Shown here: piece by piece, positions 13,094 to 24,651 of the stretch
How the letters are laid out: each line of letters opens with the position of its first letter
Numbering within the stretch: the stretch's first letter is position 1
Assembly (NCBI GenBank): GCA_000708835.1
Contig: DF236955.1
Span: forward strand, 310,001-374,000
Direction of reading: 5' to 3'
DNA: 64,000 nucleotides
Source of the DNA: Klebsormidium nitens
Taxonomy: Eukaryota; Plantae; Klebsormidiophyceae
The notes under the pieces: model-generated
What the model was told of the DNA's origin: nothing
Seen by the model: only the letters and a program-made list of their open reading frames with translations
Database searches by the model: none
Program-made: the position numbers and the translations under genes

Positions 13094-13679
13094 GCCAGGA
13101 CGCGCACGGGCAGCCCGGCGATCTCCGCGATGAAGCTGGGTGCCCTCATCCTAGTTTCACATCCCTATCATATGCTACACAACTGCATCACTTGACCGCT
13201 GGGTATGGTCCAGAGTATCTCCAAAATTGTTGACTCATCGAGTTGCCTTGCAAGATTTGATACAGTTTGCGCTTTCATTGAGGATAAAGAGAAGTGTATG
13301 AAAGGCTTGAATCTAGGTAAGTGCCCTTGGTTTGGTGTTCAACTCCAGCTATCATGGTGCGCAGGCAATCGCTTCCCTTTATACCCGCGTGCAGCCTAAG
13401 CGACTGGGCAAGAATTAGCATCCATTGGGAGGCGCATATGTGCTCGCTTGCGTACTGGTCACGTCTCGATCAGAGCTTTCACCAAAGGAAAACGAAAAAC
13501 TTCACAAGCTGTAGTTACCTTTACGGCCGTTCATACTCTTTCCTTGGACCCTACTATATCGTTTAACTCGGTATCTACGAAGCATTCCGGCTGCTCTTTC
13601 TTTCAAGGGATCAATATAAGAGGTTCTCGCATGGATCTCGCATGGAAGGCTAAGGGAGCCTGCCCCCTAGAAGCTCCCT

Positions 13680-16052
13680 CTACCTAGAGAGTGCGAGCAA
13701 AGACACCCCCACAAGCATGGAGAGGCCGGACAGCCAGTAGACTCTCCGCGCTTGTGGGTCCTTCATTTCGTGAAAGACAAAGATGCCCCACAGCCCGGCC
13801 ACGAACATGGCGGACTGCAAGATGGGGTACGCGAGCGTGTAGCCCAGGTACCGGATGGACACGATGCCGGAGCCCAGGCCCAGGGTTCGGCAGAGTCCGG
13901 CGGCGAGGCCTGCGGAAGCGAAAGCGCGGAACGAAACCCCTTCAGGATTACTTGTTGGAGAATGGTCTTCTGGATTACGAACAAGCTTACACTGCTTGCT
14001 TCGTATTGAAACTGAGTATTGCGAGATGACACATACAAAGTATCTGCCCTTTCTTGGACACTCGATCGACATTCCTGCAACTTCCAATACAAACGGTCAT
14101 CTGTGCAAGACTCGGCTCAAATTGCAGCTTTTCAGAACAACGCATTTCCAATATTCCAACTTATTTTGATAAACGGAGCAAAATGGTCAACGGTGCTTGT
14201 TACCTGGGGCGGCCGCCTTTTCCGGTTTCAGCTCGGGGCGCTTCCCCCGAGCGGCGAGCGCCAGCAGATCGACGACCGGGGCTAAGACGATGATCCCGAC
14301 CGCCATCGACGGCAAATAACGCAGGCCGCGCTGATCGTACGGCGCGTATTGCATGGGGGCCAGAGTGAGCCCGGTCAGGGATCCCCCCAGAACCGCCAGA
14401 AACAGCCCCGCTGCAGGTTTGAGGGCCACGATTAGAGTAAATTGCTTTGTCGACGAAGATCTTTGAAGACCTCTTGATTTGGTAGCAAACGGTCTGGCTT
14501 CCACTCGATACATACCTCGACAAAGTTTTCCTTCGAGGCTCTTCGCGGCGTTTCTCGATCTCCCTTCTTACGAAACTCGATCGCACAGGTCTTCGTGTTC
14601 AGGACAGCAACCGGACCTTTGTACCCAGCCTAGTTGAGTCACAGCCCCTGATCATACGATCTCGTCACAGAGTAGATATAGTAAGCTGCGAAACACCAAA
14701 TGTCACGCTAAGAATCAGGAATTGTATTTGAATGTCTTCATAAAATCAAACGCTTTCTTTCAGCCTTCTTCGGATCGCTGCAACACAGTCGCCACCGCGC
14801 GTGCACCTTTCCTCTCTTTCCTGCAAATTCGTAGCAACGCTCACTAACCGAGCCAAACTTGCACAAGTTTCAAACCTGGTAGGCTTTCATCATCTTGCGG
14901 ACTTCCGCTGACGTTTAGCAACCAAGAGGCCAAAGCGAGGCTTTCTCCCCGCACCGGCCGCTCTTTTTACCTGAGTAACCCGGCCACGTTCCTGACACCC
15001 GGTCGCTTCGCTTTCCCTTGAGCAGCCTCTCGTATTCATCTTCCACTTGGAACGACCTTTCCCCCGCATACGCTATGCCCACGACCGCGGCCATAAGCAG
15101 AGAGAGGCCGCCTAGAGCCAGCGGCAGGTTGCTCAGTTTCCGCCGCATTGGGTCCAGGAGAAGGCCGAAAGAGAAGGAGACCAAAGCCGCCGTTCCGTTC
15201 GCGATTCCGGCCCGGAGGGAGACCCCGATGAGCTCTGCCAACGGAACGAACCAGAGTATGAGGTGATTGCGAAATCGACTTCGTGTCTTTCTCGTTTCAC
15301 GTTAGAGCGATGGTGTAAAGCTTTGAAGCTGTGTTTGAAAAAGCGCTTGCGGTCTTCCATCCATAAATCGGGAAAGCTGTCAGGTTTTTAACACCACGTG
15401 GATCCGCGTTAATGCAATGCTTGTTTTCACCTGATTCTGCTGACAGGCGACGTATGATCGTACTGAAATTCAAAGTAAGCAAGTCAAGAGCACGCCAGTC
15501 AAACAAGGGGACCCTCAAGACGATGCCTAGATTCGGGAGAGTTCCGGTATGCAGACCTACTTTTTCTGGAAGTGATTTACCTTCAAGACTGAAGAGGTCC
15601 TGCTTTAAGCGGAGCGCGCGCATAGTTGTCCTGAGGAACCGCCGGAAGAACATGGTCAGAAGATTGACATCAGGACAGGATGCTTACTTTACTCTCCTCC
15701 AAAGCGGCTGATTGTTAAGCAACTCTAAAGATGTGAGACTTGGGCTGCGCTCACTATTTGCCGTGAAGATGCACGCGAGCGCAAGCACAAGCAGGCCGCC
15801 GCTGAGCAGCCCCAGGGGCGTCCACGTCACCGGGCTGAAAAAGAGAACTAGAGCGGCGGTGAGCGCAACCCCCAGGCACGCCCAGAAGTGGAAGACGAAC
15901 AAGTCGACATCCGGCGATGCGAACAGCTTCCCGAAGACGCCCGTCGTTCCGTTGAAAAAGGCCCCCGAGAGATCCAGAAGGAAACCGGAAAGAGTGCGGA
16001 AGGGGTCGACAAACTGGAATAGCGCGGGGCCGAGAAGCAGGGCGCGAACCAT
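13680..16052 (-). CDS. TMEM144-like DMT transporter, copy 2 (4 exons)
   Basis: Same exon structure and motifs as copy 1: FVFHFWACLG, GIANGTAALVSF.FG, APMQYAP, LAYPILQS.MFVAGLWGIFVFHEMKD. Splice phases checked were consistent. Confidence 0.8.
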
Positions 16053-17351
16053 GATCGAAGATCAGAATTAGGGACGTGTATGAGTGGGTTTGAAAGCTGG
16101 TAAGACTAAGATAGCTGCTGGTCAGTGATTGACTTATGGCAAATCCCCAACCTTAGAAGTGATAATGCAATCAAGCATTGATCACTGGCTTCTTTTTCTT
16201 CTCATTTTCTCCTCAGATTCCCTGTTCGACAGTTTACTGAGACTGTGTGTGTAAGACCTCTGACGCTTTGAGGTCTTTCAACTTGCGCAGCTGCAAGCAG
16301 TCGTCTTCCCATTGAAGCGACCAGTGGGAAATAGCGGCACACGGAGCGACACCACCAGCTCCTAATCTGATGATATTTGTGATCAGATGGGCTTTCAAAA
16401 AAAAAGGAGAGCCCCCCTCAAAGAGAAGGGGCGCGTCTTTGCATGCGGTCGTTCAAGTATGCTGCAGGAAGCCGACCGCAATCTGCTGTAAGATTCGCTC
16501 TCTTCTGCGGCAGGGCTTGAAGATTTGCATGGAGGCAAGTATCATACGGCCAATGGTCATGCTGAAAGACATGCACGGTTGGCCAGCTCAGCTGCCACCA
16601 AGCTGCTTGACACCGAACAAATCTTCAAACTGAGCACCCAGCGACCAGCACTTATCAGTGTCAAAGCACTTGCAGTACAAGCGGCGAAAATGATTTCGAT
16701 CAGACTCCCTCTATTTGAGTGAACAAGTTCACTCAAAGTCTCCGGCCTTGGAGCCCGAGCTTTGTGAACCTTGCTTAGATGATTTTCGAATTCGCCCAAC
16801 TCGCCAGTCATTCATGCGACTCCATATACTGTTCGCGCACTATTACATGCCCCATGGTTATGCCTTCGTTTTACATCTCATATCTATACTTTTTAATTCA
16901 ATCTTTGGGAATCTGCATTCGATGGTCGATAGGAACGGGTCACGCATTTGCTTTTTCTCATACAGGCTGCCGGAGGCCCTCGTAACGGAGCATAACATGC
17001 TCAAGATCACATGTCAGCAACGTAGACCGAAAATAGGCGCATGCAATAGAAAATCTGCATGATCTTCACCTGATCCTGGCGAAAAGAAACATGTTAATGA
17101 ACAGATATCGAGTCGCAATCGTCGATTGAGGGGCCTCAGGAAGCCAACTCGGAACCTGAACCGGAACCAAAGCTGAGGTTGCAAGATACTTCGATTATTT
17201 TGTGAACACCCTTTGGTTCAGATAGTTACGACCCCGTACTGCTACCCCACCCCCGCCTTTCTTAGTCACGCCACGTAAACTCTCAACGACTGCCGCTGCC
17301 GAGCATCCAGATATGCTGCATCGTTTCAAACCGCTTGTCAACATAGCACAG

Positions 17352-19804
17352 CTATCTTGCGAGAGGAAGACAGGTCACTCCCGCTAGCAGGACGAGGCCG
17401 GACAGCCAGTAGATTTTCCGCGACTCGGGGTCTTTCATCTCGTGGAAAACCAAGATGCCCCACAGCCCCGCTACGAACGTGGAGGATTGCAGGATGGGGT
17501 ACGCGAGCGTGTAGCCCAGGTGCCTGATGGACAGGATGCTGGCGGCTATGCCCACGGTCCGGCAGAATCCGGCGGCGATGCCTACGGAAGCAACAGAGCG
17601 GAACGGGATGCGATCGTTCGAAAATACACCTTTCGGAACCTACGGGTATGGTGAAGGCGGTCTGTGTGGGAGTTAGCGGCAGTACAGGTGTTTGAATCCC
17701 TCAAATCAAGGTGTTTGAATCCCCTCAAATCAATTCGCAAAGCTAAGAGCTATATGAGAAAGGAACACTTTATAGAAGGTAGCAACGAGGTTGTCGAGAT
17801 GCAACCCTTCCGTTGAAGCGAGGCGAGGGTGGTGCCTTGTTTGCACGACAATATTCTGGAAAACTGCCCAAGTTTCAAAAGCTTAGCCAAGATCTTAAAA
17901 GCGCAAATTTGACCCGGTTCTTCCGTCGATTTTGATTTTGAGCCCAGAAGAGCCTAGACCTCGTGTTTAAATCTTCCAAAAGCAGCTTCGCATCCATGAT
18001 AAGCACGGGACGGCGACTTCAGTATCATCTGCGCTTTGCACCTTTGTTTCCTCCTCCAGAATTTCCTTTGCCATAACCAACTTCTTCTAAATCCTTGTGA
18101 GATTGCGGCAATAAGAACACTGCATTCTTTAGATGGGTCATCACCTGGCGGGGCCGCTTGTTTTGGTTTCAGCTCGAGGCGCTTCCCCCGGGCGGCAAGC
18201 GCCAGCACGTCGACTATCGGGGCTAGTAAGATGACCTCGACGGCCATCGACGGCAGGTAACGGAGGGTGCGCTCCCGGGAGGGGGCGTACTGCATGGGGG
18301 CCAAAGTGAGCGCACCCAAGGTCCCGGCCAACACCGCCAGAAACAGGCCGGCTGCAGAAAAAGTAAGATATCCGGGAAATGAACTATCAACTAAAAAGTT
18401 GTGCGTCGATCGCCATGTTCTTCAATCCATCTGTTCATCGAAGCTCTGACATCATTTCCGTCATTTCGTTTCCGGGAACAGAGATAATCATACCCCATAC
18501 CCTCTGCAGGCAGGACTGTGAGGTTTCACAGCAGCCCAAAGCTTTCCCAGAAAGAGGATTGGTACCGGTCTGCACGAAGCAGCAGGTAATCTCTTCTTTC
18601 CCTAATTACAACTGATAAACAGTCGGAATCTGCCGGAGATTTATCACCAAACGGCCTTCAACTCTCGAAAAGTTGCAATCTTTCCATCTCTTTTCCTTTG
18701 TACTGTCATCATTCCAATGCGCGCTTGCTTGCCAGATCCGGGGCGCTTCGTACCTATGTATCCGGTGCAGGTTGCGGCTACCCTCTCGCTTCTCTTTCCC
18801 GTGAGCACCCTTTCGTGTTCTTCCTCCACTCGACAAGACCTCTCCCCCGCATACGCTATGCCCACGATGGCGCCCATAAGCAGGGAGAGCCCGGCCAGAG
18901 CCACCGGCAGGTTTCTGAGCTTCCGACGATTGGGGTCCAAGAAAAGGCCGAAAACGAAGGAGACCAAAGCCGCCGTGCCGTTGGCGATTCCAGCCCGGAG
19001 GGACACGCCGATGAGCTCTGCAGACAGATCAAACGGGTCATTACAACCACGCGGGACTCAAATCACACGTGTCTTGAAGACTTACGTGATTGTCTCCTGA
19101 TCAATGAAGAGCTCGTAAGTTTGCCTTTCTATCAAGAATCTGGCGGGATCTGATTCGCATTTTGAGTATCGGTTGAGGTTCATCTTGCACGGGTACAAGT
19201 GAAGGTGATTCTTCCATCTTGAAGCGCGTGGAAAGAGAACGCCAAATAACCAAATCAAGAGGGCGGTTGGTATATATGAATTTTTGATTTATCAACCATG
19301 CCGTCTGCAAATATTCGCACGCAAACGAGCAGAGCCTTCAGGAATCGGAGGGCGGTCCAAAAAGAAGCCTTGGAGCAGCTCTTCAGATGGGGTTCACCAG
19401 ACAGATCAGCACTCGGATAGAAACCTTTGTCTATATCACAAGACGGTCTTGAATTTTTCGGATCATCTCGTTTTCACAAGAACGAGGCGTCTTGTGTGCT
19501 TACTATTGGCGGTGAAGGAGCACGCGAGCGAAAGCGCGAGCAGGCCGCCGCTGAGCAGCCCCAGGGGCGTCCACGTCACCGGGCCGAAGAGGAGAACTAG
19601 AGTGGCGGTGAGCGCGACCCCCACGCAAGCCCAAAAGTGGAACACGAACAAGTCGACGTCGGGCCCTCTTACCGGGGCCAGCTTCCCAAAGACGCCCGTC
19701 GTCCCGTTGAAGATTGCCCCGGTTAGCGCTAGGAGCAAGCCTGCCAAAGTGCGCATGGGAACCACGGACTGGTGCAGCTTGCGGTTTAAGAGGGCTCGGA
19801 TCAT
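17352..19804 (-). CDS. TMEM144-like DMT transporter, copy 3 (4 exons)
   Basis: ATG at 19804. Exons at ~19506-19804, ~18700-19018, ~18143-18354 and 17352-~17582. Most similar to copy 2. Confidence 0.8.
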
Positions 19805-20932
19805 ATTGGGAGCCTGATGCTGACAAGTCTGGTGAAGCAGGCAGAGAATTAAGGAGGAATCATTGCTGTAGACTGCCGCCCTCTTTTGAAATCCTGCTTT
19901 TGGAAGATGCTACGGTTGTTAAGCTAGGACCGATCTTTGAACAGTCTTCTCAATCGCCCTGTCTTCTGAGTTGCTCTGTTCTTCTCTCTTCTTGGTAGAA
20001 CAGTTTTCAAATTCTTAGGGCCGCTTCTTCGAAAGGGACACCACTACTTCTTTGGAGCTTGTCAGGGACCTTCTTTCATCGATCGCAGGGGTAAGCAAAG
20101 TAACCCTTCTCATGTTGGAGAAACCAACCACAATCATGCAGAGCCGCGGACTGCAACCCTTACTTCTTTCCAGTTGTGACTCGGTCGGTCTGTAATCAAA
20201 AGATTGCAACGACCATTGGAATGCAACGTCGCCAGAAAGCGAAGTGGATTTACAGCGCTTCCGCCACAGCTCAAATCCCATGAATGTAAACTCATGTCCA
20301 GACCATGATAATATTGTTATCTTCAGAAGCCAGACGAAGGCAGCAGTAGGCCTGGCATATGCATCCGAGCTGGCGCGCGCGCGCCGTGCATGTCCCGGGA
20401 GGGTTTCTGTATGGTGGCTGATCAAGCTTACAAATTCGAAAATCTTCACCCGTCTCCTACTTTTTCGAACCCTGGGCTAGCGCAGCCTCAAATTCAAGGT
20501 CTTGCGAGGTCATTCAAACGGCCCACATTGAAAAGTCCATCGTCAAAGGTATCTAACTCGCCTCGAGAGAGAAGCGCTTGACCTTCTGACTGCTGCAGAA
20601 GAACCCCATGCAAATGCCGCTAAGTTTTGGCGCATGTGGGCGCGCAGGCTCAGAGCCTGCAAAACATAAAAATGCAGAAAGAAATAGTTCCCGTCTCTCT
20701 TGAGCTGGCTCAGGGCTCCCTTTGCTCCCGCCTTGCTCCGGAGAAAAGCCAGATATGCGCGCGCCTCCCGTAGCTGTCCAAAGATACCCTTCGAAGCGCC
20801 TTGTTCGAAGCACCCTTTGACCAGAGCCCCTCTGCTGCAGCTCCTCCAACTTTGCAAAAGCTAACCCAACTACCAAGCTCCCCCCACGACCAGCAACCTC
20901 TTCTGACGCGCGCGCGCGCAGCTGACGTCAGC

Positions 20933-23689
20933 ATGGCGCCCGCGCACCTCCTCCTGCGCCCGGAGCTCCACCGCGCGGCGGTGTTCCACATGCGCTCCGC
21001 GGTGGGCCTGCTGCTCGCGCTCATCGCCGCCGTGTTCAACGGCACGTTCGGCGTCTTCGCAAAGGACGAGGTCAAAGGGCCGGATGTCGACATCTTCGTG
21101 TTCCACTTCTGGGCGTGCTTGGGGCTCGCGTGCACCGGGGTACTGTTTCTGCTGTTCGGCCCCGTCGTGTGGACGCCCATGGGGGTCATCAGCGGCGTGC
21201 TGGTCGTGCTGTCGTCAGCATGCGCCTTCTGGGCGGCGAGTAAGATCCTTAGAACAGCCCAAAATCTAGTTGTTTTCTACTTGAAAGAAAGGAGGAACCA
21301 CTTTGGGTGGACAACAGCCGGTTGACTCTGGTGGACTGACTCTTTTCTGGACTGTAAAATGGTGGTATCACAGAACTGGCGGAGATTGAAAACTTGCGAC
21401 GATAAATCTTTTGGGCGGCGTCGTATGAAACGAAGGTTCATGCAGCTTTGAGCGTTAAAGGCTTTAGTTCCTCCAATTTGCAGGAAATGATCCTCGTATC
21501 GTTCACATTAGAAAGAGGGTTGGCATTGGTAGAACGAAGAAGCTCTCCGCAATTTTCAGACGTGTAAATCGACTCTTTCATTGGTCCTATCTCATCGGGG
21601 TCCAGAATAGGCTGAGCCTATCTTGGCTGTGGTTCTGCCTTTGCTCAAAGATTTGAGGTGATTGGATACTTACTGCCAGAAAAATTATCAAACTTAACCC
21701 GCTTGTCAAGTTGTGTAATTTGGCCCTGGATCACTGGGTCTACGAGAGATTACTAGACATCGGCTCACAAAATTTGAGACTTTGCTCCTTCTCCTGTCGA
21801 TTTGGCATGAGGCTCATGGTTCATCACTGCCCAGCACGATTGCGGTTCCGTTTGCAGATCTAGTGGGCGTGTCCGTCGGCCCCGGAATCTGGTGCGGCAC
21901 TGCGGCTCTCGCCTCCTTCTTCTTCGGCCTTTTCCTCGACCCGGTCGGTCGGAAAGTCAGCAACCTGCCGCTAGCCGTGGCTGGGCTCTGCCTGCTTATG
22001 GTGGCAATTGCGGGCATAGCGTATGCCGGTGAATATGCGTGCCGCGTGGAGGAAGCACGGGAGAGGCTGCTCCCGCGGGACAGACGTCGGGGACGCGTGT
22101 GCGACACGTGGGGGGGTTACGCAGGTGGGTTGCGGGCGGCTGAGTGACTAAGCGAGATTGAGATTGCTGCTGATCAGTACGATTTAGAGGACCACGCAGA
22201 GACGCAATGAGATGAATTCAAATCTCTTTGAGGACACATTGAGTTGCACAGCGTTCCTGAATCAACAGGATTCACCTACAGAGAACGGTTCTGAGACGGA
22301 TCCGTTGATCTTTTAGAAGTCGGATTGCCCTCTACCTAGAACAACGGTCTCCAAACTGCAGCTCTCAAAACCTCTGTGCGTGCTCTTCTGTGGAAAGACT
22401 GGTAAAGAGTGTTTGACGGCTGTGCTGACCAACGAATGTTTCGCCTCAAACCCACTTCAACAAAAGACGAGACTCCTGTTTTCCAATACGCAAGTTTGCG
22501 CTGAAGGAGAGGTTTACAAAAGAATCGCCGCCGATAGATGGAATCTGGGATCAACCCGGGCCCTTTCCGCAGGCGGACTATTCCTTGCCGTGCTGGCCGG
22601 AGCTTTCGGTGGGCTCATTCTGGCGCCTATGCAATACGCGCCCCCCGCGGCACGTGGGCTTCGTTTCCTGCCGTCGATGGCCGTGGGAGTCCTCGCCGCT
22701 GCACCGGGCATCGATCTACTGGGGCTGTTCGCCCGGGGGAAGTGCATCCTGCTGATGCCAGAGAAGGCGGCGGGCCCGGGTAAGGAGAGTAGTGTCGCTT
22801 TTATGTTGAGATAGGGCTACCTATGTTGAGTTATTCATGCCCGGGAGACGGGTGGGATTGGTTTGGGGAATTAGGGTGGGTACGGGTTCGGAGCATGTTA
22901 ACTTTGGGTTTGGGTTTTTAGTTTGTTGAGCCCGGGGCGTCAGCCTAACTCAACGTACAGACAACTCTGGCATAAAATCGAGACTCATATGAAGGAATTA
23001 AAAGCCTGACTGAGGTTTGCTGTGGGAGTTTTGCAAATGCCGTTGATTGCGTTGAGATTGAAACACATCCAAAGACCCTTTGAGAGTGTTTAGAGACGAG
23101 CCAAAGGTGCGCGACTCTTTGTTATTGATATTTGAGACGGTACTGGTAGACGACGATTGCCAAAATGACGCGCTGATTGTCCTACTTGAGCAAACGTGCT
23201 TTTGTTGCTGGCAAATTTTCTGATACTTTGTCCACCTTTGTGAGGCACAAGCGAGACCATCTCATTGGAGTCTCCCATTCCATGGTTTGATCAGCGCATA
23301 GAGCTTGACCCTTCTCGACGCCGGGTGCGCTCACGGGGATTTCCGCCGCTCAATCCTTCCACTCCAACGCAAACAGCCGCGCTCAGACCCGTTTTCTACA
23401 CGTTCAGATAACTATCTTCTTCCGCCAGTAAAACCTTCGAAGGTTCTTTCTTTTCACAGGCTTCGCCGCTGGAGCCACTTGGAACATTGCCAACGCTGCC
23501 GGCATTCTGTCCATCCGTTACCTGGGCTACACAATCGCGTACCCCATCATGCAGTCGGGGCTGTTCGTGGGCGGGCTGTGGGGCCTCTGCGTCTTCGACG
23601 AGATGAAGGACCGCAAAGCCAGGAGGATCTACTGGCTCTCCGGCCTTGTCCTGCTAGCGGGAGTGACCTGTCTGGCTCTCGCAAGATAG
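20933..23689 (+). CDS. TMEM144-like DMT transporter, copy 4 (inverted relative to copies 1-3; 4 exons)
   Basis: ATG at 20933 (MAPAHLLL). Exons at ~20933-21239, ~21859-22123, ~22571-22779 and ~23460-23689. Motifs GATWNIAN and IAYPIMQSGLFVGGLWGLCVFDEMK. Confidence 0.82.
22787..22989. mobile_element. ~200-bp MITE, copy B (opposite orientation to copy A), in intron 3 of TMEM144 copy 4
   Basis: The reverse complement of its core (CCCCGGGCTCAACAAACTAAAAACCCAAACCCAAAGTTAACATGCTCCGAACCCGTACCCACCC...) aligns with the core of 12894-13093. The TIRs are degenerate and the flanks are GTAAGGA / TGAAGGA. Confidence 0.72.
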
Positions 23690-24651
23690 ATAGTGTTTCA
23701 AGAAGACAGTGCGAAGATTATGTACTCACCTTTCACCACCCGACACCAGCGGGCCAAAGCTGCACTGAATGATTTTTGAACGTAGTCGATGAGAGGGTGG
23801 TCGCTCGTATCAAGGCGCACTTGTTGGGATGATTAAGGCGTCGGAGCTAACTCCGCTTATACATATAGTCCACTGAAGCTTGATTTCAAGAAAGCGTTTC
23901 GCCGTTGGACCAACCGCTCAAAGTATAGCTTCTCGATCCAATAATATGTTACATGATTGCACACGAATTTCGAGAGCACATTTCGGAAGACCAGGCTCTC
24001 AATGAAAGGCCCTCTTGGGAAAAAAGAAGAAACGGCAACTCGTGAGTTTGCGCTTTAAAGTCGTGAGGACTTGGCAATACAAGATTTGATGGTGATATCC
24101 GGCATGCAAAGCCTGTCAATTATACGTGCATATAATCGATGGATCGCCGCGGGCTGGACTGCCTCTTCAGTTGGACGATATGAAGTTTTTGAGCATGTTT
24201 ACGACCATACATGCATGGCCTCTGAATATTGAAAGTGCCGATGCATATACTTGCCTGCACGACTCTGACCATGATCAGAGATATGTTGAAAACGCAAGCT
24301 GGCAGTTCATGTGTGCAGCTAGCCGCCCTGGCGCCACCATTTTCCATAGGACGCAATGCCAGAGGCCCATGTGCGGTAGATTCGATTCGGTCATGCAAAC
24401 ATCCAGTGTCGACTTTTCTGAATACGACCTTCAATCATATAGTACACCTTAGTGCGGATTGCGGGCCGATGCATGCAACTTATGCTGTACTGCGAAGAGT
24501 TTTCTGGAGGGCCACATACTCCAATTAAAGAAGACCGTCTCAACAAAGCGACTCGCGTGAGTTGAACGATGCCAGCCTTTACCTTCTCGAACAAGGAAAG
24601 GAAATATCTACCCTACTCCAACCCTAGCTGCACGCTAGAAAGGAAGCCATC

